A stretch of DNA of 64,000 nt, from positions 1-64,000 of the forward strand of contig JBBQZX010000024.1 in NCBI GenBank assembly GCA_038207335.1. The letters run 5' to 3'. Under the pieces are notes generated by a model, which did not search any database, was not told the DNA's origin, and saw only the letters and a list, made by a program, of their open reading frames with translations. The DNA comes from Chthoniobacterales bacterium (lineage in GTDB: Bacteria; Verrucomicrobiota; Verrucomicrobiia; Chthoniobacterales; Chthoniobacteraceae). Shown piece by piece: positions 57,693 through 64,000 of this stretch (the first letter of the stretch is position 1; each line of letters opens with the position of its first letter). The translations under genes were made by a program, and so were the position numbers.

Positions 57693-58715
57693 ATGAAACA
57701 ACTCAAAAAGAGCACCCGCTTGAAATCCCTCGCAGTGGTGGCGCTGCTCTACCTCCCACTCCATAGCTACGGCTACGAAATCTGGATGGGAACGCTCGGC
57801 TGGGAGAAAGAAATGGTCACATCCCCCGAAGCGTGGGCCGGCACCGCAGCCGCAGTCGATGGCCTCAACGTCAACTGGGCGCCAGGCAAGAACAACCCCA
57901 ACCGACTCAGCCTTGCGGACCGCAAAGCCGTCATCGAGCGTTTCACCCGCGCCAAAAACCACGCCTACCAAGTCGTCCCGCATGGAGATACCCGGAAAAC
58001 CGACGAGAGCGAATGGGAAAGAACATTTAGCAGAGCCAAAGAATTCGGATACAAACTCGATTACCTCTACACCTACAGCAGCGGCCCCCAAAAGAACTGG
58101 AAACCCGAAGAGCACGACATCCTGCGAAAATGGCTCGATAATAACGGCCACGCCGAAGTCAAGATCGCCTTCAACGGCCGCTCGGGCCGCGGCGTGCTGG
58201 AAAGGCCGACAGTGCAAGGCAACGGCATAGAGTGCGATCTAACATCGTGGAAAGAAAACAAAGGCGAAAGACACGAACTTCTCCAATGGATGGCAGACCC
58301 GCAGAACGCAGCCACCAAAGGCGAAAAAATCGTCATCCACTGCCACCTGAACTTCGGCAAAAGCAGCACCCAAGCCGACCTAGTGGACGCATGGGCAGGC
58401 GCCCGCCTCATGATCCGAGACATCAGCCGTGACATCTTCAACACAAAAGCACTCCAAGAAGTGTTCCGCTCCGACAGACTCGTCTTTGCCTTCTTCGGAG
58501 AGAACTGGAGAACCCCCGAAATAACCCTCCTACCTGAAACCAAAGACACCATCACCTACGCGGAAAGCTATACCGGCCTCCTTCTCTCGCTAGTCGAACA
58601 GCGTGCCCTATTCGAAGGCCGCACCGGCACCTTCCCCACCGATGAGCAATGCAAAAGCTTCACAAGAGTCCCCCCGCCAAAGCACCCCGCCCTTGATTCC
58701 GACCCCGAGCGATAA
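57693..58715 (+). CDS. Secreted hypothetical protein with atypical composition
   Basis: Signal-like N-terminus, 340 aa; A/C-rich, CpG-poor codons unlike neighbours. Confidence 0.7.
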   Translation: MKQLKKSTRLKSLAVVALLYLPLHSYGYEIWMGTLGWEKEMVTSPEAWAGTAAAVDGLNVNWAPGKNNPNRLSLADRKAVIERFTRAKNHAYQVVPHGDTRKTDESEWERTFSRAKEFGYKLDYLYTYSSGPQKNWKPEEHDILRKWLDNNGHAEVKIAFNGRSGRGVLERPTVQGNGIECDLTSWKENKGERHELLQWMADPQNAATKGEKIVIHCHLNFGKSSTQADLVDAWAGARLMIRDISRDIFNTKALQEVFRSDRLVFAFFGENWRTPEITLLPETKDTITYAESYTGLLLSLVEQRALFEGRTGTFPTDEQCKSFTRVPPPKHPALDSDPER

Positions 58716-59030
58716 TCAGTAGCATGGCTGCTTGCATAACGCGCAGGCATCTCCACCGCGCCTTTCAACTCCCCGCGCGTCAACCGCGCCGCCTGCCCGA
58801 CGAGCCATAGGTATTGTTCATCCGGCATGCCCGGCTTCACCACGAAAAACTCGCACCATCCGGGGGATCGCTGCGGCATTGAATTGCCGGCCTTCGTTCA
58901 TCTCGAAACATCGCCAACGGTAGGGCGCCCCCGCCCCCACTGGAACCGTCCGCTGAGGGCGCGGCTGCCTTATGTCATTCGAGTTTCGCGCGCGCGGCAG
59001 CCGGGCGCAGCATTTACCCTCGTCGGCGCG

Positions 59031-59885
59031 TCAGAACTGCCAGGTCAGCCCGAGCGATGCGCCTGCGGACTGATACGATGCGCGGAGTTGCGTCGAATCG
59101 TTGTCCACGAAATTGCCGCTCAACGTGGTGAAGAGGTGCGCATTGATCTGATACGACAAATTCACGATGGCGATGTGGCGGAGGTCTCTCCGGGACACCT
59201 CGTCGTAATTCGAATGCTGAAATGCATAGATCAACTGGCCGTAGAGCTTCGGCGCAATGTGGTGCGTGATGCCCGCAAGCACACGATTTTGTGACAGCGT
59301 GTCGATGCCGGGATCCGCATAGTAGTGCGTGAAGCTGTATCCAAAAAACGCGAGCGTGTTGCCATTGTTGAACCCAAATCCCCAGTCGGTGCCAGCGGTC
59401 AGACCGATGGCTTGCGAGATCAAGCCGCCGTTGTCGTAGCTGTCGTATCGATACGGTTCGGCACCGATGTAGATGCGCGGAAGATTCGGCTTCGGACGCC
59501 AGTCGAGGGTGGTCGTCGCCGAGTAGCCGATGAACGAGCGCTCATCGAATCGCGAATAGACCGCACTCTCGATTTTTGCATCGAGGTCGAATGTGAAGCC
59601 CTTCCCGAGTTTCGCATTCACGCCGCCCTCGACCGTCGGGAAAAAGAGAAAATCTCCGCTGGCGTGATTGCCCGTCAGCTTGGCATTGCTCGTGTAGGTC
59701 CCGACGGTGCTGACATCGCCGCGGAATTTCACAGCCGCTTCCTCCTCGATCACACCGAGATCCTCGACGGAAGTAGTGCTCTGCTGCGAAGTGCTAAACG
59801 ATTTTCCATCGCCCGCTACGGCGGTGGCTGCCGCGAAACCGCTGAGAAGCGGGACGATCGAAAGAAGAAAATGACGAGTGTTCAT
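59031..59885 (-). CDS. Outer-membrane beta-barrel protein
   Basis: Signal peptide, alternating amphipathic strands rich in Y/F, C-terminal 'LGLTWQF'. Confidence 0.75.
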   Translation of the reverse strand: MNTRHFLLSIVPLLSGFAAATAVAGDGKSFSTSQQSTTSVEDLGVIEEEAAVKFRGDVSTVGTYTSNAKLTGNHASGDFLFFPTVEGGVNAKLGKGFTFDLDAKIESAVYSRFDERSFIGYSATTTLDWRPKPNLPRIYIGAEPYRYDSYDNGGLISQAIGLTAGTDWGFGFNNGNTLAFFGYSFTHYYADPGIDTLSQNRVLAGITHHIAPKLYGQLIYAFQHSNYDEVSRRDLRHIAIVNLSYQINAHLFTTLSGNFVDNDSTQLRASYQSAGASLGLTWQF

Positions 59886-59896
59886 GGCTGGAACTT

Positions 59897-60751
59897 TCAA
59901 AGGTTGCCGCGGAAGGTCGGGCTCGGGGACGTGCGCGGTCTCCGGCTCGGTGTCGGAGGAGGAGGAGGCGTCGGCGTCGGCGTCCCTTGCGGCTTCTTAT
60001 CCTTCTTTTGCTTCTCCGCTTTCGGCTCGGGGAAATATTTTCTCAGCGCACCGGGATGGTTCTGCGTGCGCTCGAGATCGTCGAAGACCGCGAGGTTTGC
60101 GGGAAGCGTCGATTGCGTGAGCAGCACGTTTAGATCGAAGCCGGGCATCTGCCCATTGAACGACATCAGCTTTCCGTCGAACGCCTTCGACATGTCAAAC
60201 GGCGCGATCGTGATCGTGCCATCAGCGTTGCGCCGCGCGAATTGCCCAGCGCCGACCTTCAATCCCGACGGCACGAGCGTCACCTCGCCCTTGAGGATCG
60301 CGATGATGTTTTCGGAAACTTTGCCGACCGTGCCGGTGATTGCCGCCGTGAGGCTCGGAGTCTTGATCGTGCCGCCGCCCGCGCCTTTCGGGATGTAGAA
60401 AATGAGCGTGCCCTTATCGAGCGAGAGCGTGCGCGAAGAGGCGTCGAACGAGAAAACCGTGTTCTGCCCGATGCGCACGACGGAGCCGTCTTCGTATTTC
60501 AGCTCCGCCCTCGATTCGGTTTCGGTCAGGAGAAAATTGTTTGCGTGGACGACATCGGACGCTACCGCCGGTCGCTTGTTGGTGCGGCCCCCTTTGACTT
60601 CGCCGTAGTTCACGGTGTTCTCGACTTTCGTGACTGTGGCCTCGCTAAACTGCGCGCCGTGTCCGGCGAGTGAAAGGAGGCTCAGGGTGATGCCCGCCGT
60701 AAGGATCGGCAGGAGGCGTAGTCGGTTTTTAGAAAACACGGCGCGAACCAT
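59897..60751 (-). CDS. FecR-domain periplasmic protein
   Basis: T..SRAELKYEDGSVVRIGQNT and IKTPSLTAAITGT FecR motifs; signal peptide; Pro/Thr-rich tail. Confidence 0.85.
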   Translation of the reverse strand: MVRAVFSKNRLRLLPILTAGITLSLLSLAGHGAQFSEATVTKVENTVNYGEVKGGRTNKRPAVASDVVHANNFLLTETESRAELKYEDGSVVRIGQNTVFSFDASSRTLSLDKGTLIFYIPKGAGGGTIKTPSLTAAITGTVGKVSENIIAILKGEVTLVPSGLKVGAGQFARRNADGTITIAPFDMSKAFDGKLMSFNGQMPGFDLNVLLTQSTLPANLAVFDDLERTQNHPGALRKYFPEPKAEKQKKDKKPQGTPTPTPPPPPTPSRRPRTSPSPTFRGNL

Positions 60752-60877
60752 TTTTATAAATGTCAAATCCGTCAACTCAAATTTCGCGTATCGAACCAAG
60801 GCCGAGTTTAGAACCACGAAGGCTTTTTGGCGCCCTCCGGCGTTGTCCGCGTGCCGGGAGCGGATATTATCGAGGCG

Positions 60878-62956
60878 ATGACCTCGGGCAAAAGCCAGCA
60901 CCGCCGCAGCCTCGCGCTCTGCGTCCTCCTCTGCACGGGAGTCGTGATGGTGCTCCGCGCGGTCGGGTTTTTCTACCTGCTGCTGCTCGACTTTCACGCG
61001 CAGGACTGGATCACGCGTTATGGCCGCGCGGCCACCGGCGATCCGCGCATCGCTTTCCTCGCGATCGATCAGGCGACGCAAACGCTCGATGCGCCGTTCC
61101 CGAGCGAGATCGCGGCATCGCCGGCGCTCACTTTGATGAGGGAGCACGGCTTCCCGTGGCCGCGGGAGGTCTATCCGCTCATCATCGAGCGCCTCGTGGG
61201 TGCCGGGGCAAAGGTGGTCGCATTCGATCTTCTTTTCCCGGCCGCGCGCGAGGACGATGAACTCATGCGCGCGGGCCTCGACCGCTTCCGAGAGCATGTC
61301 GTGGTCGGGTGCAATATCACCGACATCGGCGACACGGTGAATCTCGCGCTGCCCACCGCGACGCTGATCCCGCAGACGCGGCCCGTCGATCCGCGCGTGG
61401 GATTCGTCAATTTCTGGAGCGATCTCGATGGTGTCGTGCGGCGCGCGTATTTCCGCCGCAGCCTCCTCGAGATCGACGGCAGGCCCGCGGGCGATGACGA
61501 CTCGGTGCTCGAATCCCTCGCCGCACGCGCCGCGCGCCAGGCCGGCCTCACCGACCTCATCCCCGCGGATCGGAAGAGCCACATCCTCCGGTACGCGAGT
61601 GGCGACGGGAGCCTCACGCCGCACTCACTCTACGGAATATTCGTGCCGAGCATCTGGCACGGGAACTTCGGCGACGGCGCATTTTTCAAGGACAAGATCG
61701 TCGTGGTGGGCCCCGAAGGCCACGCGTTCAAAGACCTCGCGCTGAGTCCACTCGGCCAGATCGGTGGGCCCATGTTTCACCTCAATTCGCTGAACGCGCT
61801 GCTCCGCGGTGAATTCCTGAGCGAGACCTCCGAGCGCACCAATCTCCTGCTCATCGCCGCATGCGGGCTGCTCTCCGGGCTGCTCGGTTGGCTCGTGCGG
61901 CAGCCGCTCCTCCGCGTGTTTTTACTCGCCGCGGCAGCAGGCACTTACATCGCGCTCGCGTTCGTTTTTTTCAACGCGGGCACGTATCTGCTCGTCGCGA
62001 GTCCGCTGCTCGCACTGGTCGGCAGCGGCGGCGCGTTTTCCATCGTGGAGCAGGTGCTCGAGCGGTTGGAAAAGTCGCGGATTCGCCGGCAATTCGAGAG
62101 CTTCGTGTCGCGCGATGTCGTGAAGGAATTGCTCGACAACCCCGACAGCTACCTCAACACGATCGGTGGCCGGCGCAAAAACATCACCGTGTTTTTCTCG
62201 GACATCCGCGGCTTCACCACCATCACAGAAAGCGCGGACGCGCAGCAGCTCGTGCAGCAGCTCAACGAATACTTCACCGAGATGGTGCGCATCGTTTTCG
62301 CCCATCGCGGCACGCTGGATAAATTCATCGGCGACGCGGTGATGGCGCACTGGGGAAGCCTCACGAGCGATGGCGAGGAAATCGAGGCGCGGCGCGCGGT
62401 CGCGGCGGCGCTGGAAATGCGCGCGGCACTCGAGCGACTGAATACGCAGTGGAAAAGTCGAGCGCTCCTCGAGCTGCGTGTCGGAATGGCGGTCAATCAC
62501 GGTGAGGCGATCGTCGGCAAACTCGGCTCGGACGAGAAACGGGAATTCACCGCAATCGGCGACGCCGTGAATCTCACGTCGCGACTCGAGGGCGCGACGA
62601 AGGCCTTTCACACCGACCTGCTCATCGGAGAAAAAGTCGCCCCGTTGATTCGCGACGCGTTTGTCCTCCGCACCGTCGATCTTCTGCAAGTCGCTGGCCG
62701 CAACAAGCCGGTGCAAGTCTTCACCGTGCTCTCATCCACGAAGTGCGACCCGCCACCGTGGCTCGCGCGATACGAGGAAGGCGTCCGGCTTTACCGCGCG
62801 CGCGACTTCGCCGGAGCGATCACCGCATTTTCCGAAATGACCCAAGCACTGCCCGACGACTGGCTGGCAGAAGAATATCTGCGCCGCGCCATGACCTACG
62901 CTGCGACACCACCGGACGCCGACTGGGACGGCGTCTTCGTAATGGGCACGAAGTAG
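60878..62956 (+). CDS. CHASE2-domain class III adenylate cyclase
   Basis: CHASE2 (PWPREVY, GAKVVAFDLLF, DLDGVVRR), three TM helices, FFSDIRGFT, DKFIGDAVMA, GDAVNLTSRLE, TPR-like tail. Confidence 0.92.
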   Translation: MTSGKSQHRRSLALCVLLCTGVVMVLRAVGFFYLLLLDFHAQDWITRYGRAATGDPRIAFLAIDQATQTLDAPFPSEIAASPALTLMREHGFPWPREVYPLIIERLVGAGAKVVAFDLLFPAAREDDELMRAGLDRFREHVVVGCNITDIGDTVNLALPTATLIPQTRPVDPRVGFVNFWSDLDGVVRRAYFRRSLLEIDGRPAGDDDSVLESLAARAARQAGLTDLIPADRKSHILRYASGDGSLTPHSLYGIFVPSIWHGNFGDGAFFKDKIVVVGPEGHAFKDLALSPLGQIGGPMFHLNSLNALLRGEFLSETSERTNLLLIAACGLLSGLLGWLVRQPLLRVFLLAAAAGTYIALAFVFFNAGTYLLVASPLLALVGSGGAFSIVEQVLERLEKSRIRRQFESFVSRDVVKELLDNPDSYLNTIGGRRKNITVFFSDIRGFTTITESADAQQLVQQLNEYFTEMVRIVFAHRGTLDKFIGDAVMAHWGSLTSDGEEIEARRAVAAALEMRAALERLNTQWKSRALLELRVGMAVNHGEAIVGKLGSDEKREFTAIGDAVNLTSRLEGATKAFHTDLLIGEKVAPLIRDAFVLRTVDLLQVAGRNKPVQVFTVLSSTKCDPPPWLARYEEGVRLYRARDFAGAITAFSEMTQALPDDWLAEEYLRRAMTYAATPPDADWDGVFVMGTK

Positions 62957-63017
62957 GTGCTGCCTACTTCATTCGGAAATATACTGCGGCGAGCGCGGCA
63001 CTAAAAAATCTCGACGG

Positions 63018-64000
63018 CTACTTCCCTGACACGTCCACGCAGACCGCTTCCTTTGTGCTGCGGGCGTAGATGCGGCCGTTGGCGAGCACGGGGGTAGTCC
63101 AGCATTTGCCGTCAAGGATGTCGGCGCGCGCAAGCTCTTTATATGCAGTAGGGTTTGCGTCGATGAGCACCAGTTCGCCCGCGTCGGAGAGTGCCACGAC
63201 TTGATCCCCCGCGAGGATGACCTGCCCCGGACCGAAGCCCTCCTTCTCCCACTTCACCTGTCCGGTCGCGATCTCCACGCACTTGATCGGCCCCTTGCCG
63301 TATTCTTTGAATTGGAACATGCCGTAGAGAAATCCGTCCTTAACCACCGGCGTGCTCCAGTGGTTTGCCAGCGGCTTATTGCTGCGGATGCGATAGAGCT
63401 CGGTCGCTGTGAACTTGTCGCCCTGCTTCGTGATTTTCACCGCGCCCGCGCCGACGCCGTAGCCCGCCGAGCAATAGACGATGTCACCCGAGACGACCGG
63501 CGACGCGGCGGTGGAGGTGCTGTAGTCGAATTTGTAGCGCCACAGTTCCTTGCCCGTCTTCGGCTCGACGGCGACGAGGCCGGATTGCACAAAGAAGATG
63601 ATTTGCCCCTGAGCGAGGATATTCGTCGCGACGGGCGTCGCGTGCGTCATCTTCTCGTCAAAGGCCTTCCACACGACCGCGCCGTCTTTCGGGTTCAGCG
63701 CCAGCAGTGACTCCCCCGCCCCTCCCCCCGCCACGTATAGAAGCCCGCCCGCGAGCAGCGGAGACGCGGCATTTTGCCACTGGATATTGCGCCCGCCATG
63801 GTCTTTCAAAAGATCGACTGTCCACGCGACTTTGCCCGTCGCCGCATCGAAGGCGCGCACGGCGAGCTGCGAGGAAATGGTATAGACCTGCGTGGCGTCG
63901 GCGGTCGGCGTCGAGCGCGGGCCGTCGCCGCCCTTGTTTTCGGACGTGCCAGAGTCGCCGCCGCCGTCGTACTTCGCGAAATTCAGCGGGGCAAACCACA
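63018..64000 (-). CDS. PQQ-binding-like beta-propeller protein (5' part outside the window)
   Basis: Repeated 'A.D..TG...W' blades, ASP/TP motifs, terminal 'WTTPVLANGRIYAR'. Confidence 0.85.
   Translation of the reverse strand, partial: WFAPLNFAKYDGGGDSGTSENKGGDGPRSTPTADATQVYTISSQLAVRAFDAATGKVAWTVDLLKDHGGRNIQWQNAASPLLAGGLLYVAGGGAGESLLALNPKDGAVVWKAFDEKMTHATPVATNILAQGQIIFFVQSGLVAVEPKTGKELWRYKFDYSTSTAASPVVSGDIVYCSAGYGVGAGAVKITKQGDKFTATELYRIRSNKPLANHWSTPVVKDGFLYGMFQFKEYGKGPIKCVEIATGQVKWEKEGFGPGQVILAGDQVVALSDAGELVLIDANPTAYKELARADILDGKCWTTPVLANGRIYARSTKEAVCVDVSGK

Noticed and set aside
59897..61624. 575-aa ORF overlapping the cyclase gene
   Set aside because: Only the part from ATG 60751 is FecR-like; the upstream portion is antisense shadow of the CHASE2 cyclase.
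1..64000. tRNA, rRNA, IS, integrase or prophage genes
   Set aside because: None recognised by eye; covariance-model and HMM scans would be needed to exclude divergent ones.

Overview
GC-rich bacterial chromosomal window, most likely Verrucomicrobiota (inferred from a PEP-CTERM protein, an LpxC-FabZ fusion, an ECF sigma factor with a long C-terminal extension and an N-x-L-Y-A-D-G-H prepilin-like protein). Most of it is housekeeping and metabolism: phoH-like, trxB, sufS/sufU, feoA/feoA/feoB, rlmH, rnr, eda, lpxC-fabZ, lpxA, xylA, a DEAD-box helicase, queG, aroK, purE/K/H, sua5, murJ, acpS, pdxJ, nuoA, ruvA and asd. The accessory parts worth attention are: (1) a ~1830-aa secreted FG-GAP/Calx-beta/DUF11-like protein ending in [LI][IV]AAGAGN octapeptide repeats, followed by a headless, internally deleted paralogous cassette with a different repeat (IVAQGGGN); (2) a gamma-glutamylation-type amine catabolic operon that ends in a two-domain ferritin-like diiron protein; (3) a translationally coupled GAF protein plus a minimal cytoplasmic subtilase; (4) a CHASE2 cyclase / FecR / beta-barrel module; (5) a candidate ~60-nt GU-rich small RNA upstream of purH; and (6) several short 7-mer tandem arrays, often in inverted pairs, one of which puts a signal-peptide gene out of frame. 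No rRNA, tRNA, CRISPR array, transposase or integrase was recognised. All calls come from reading the sequence and motifs by eye; no database search was run.
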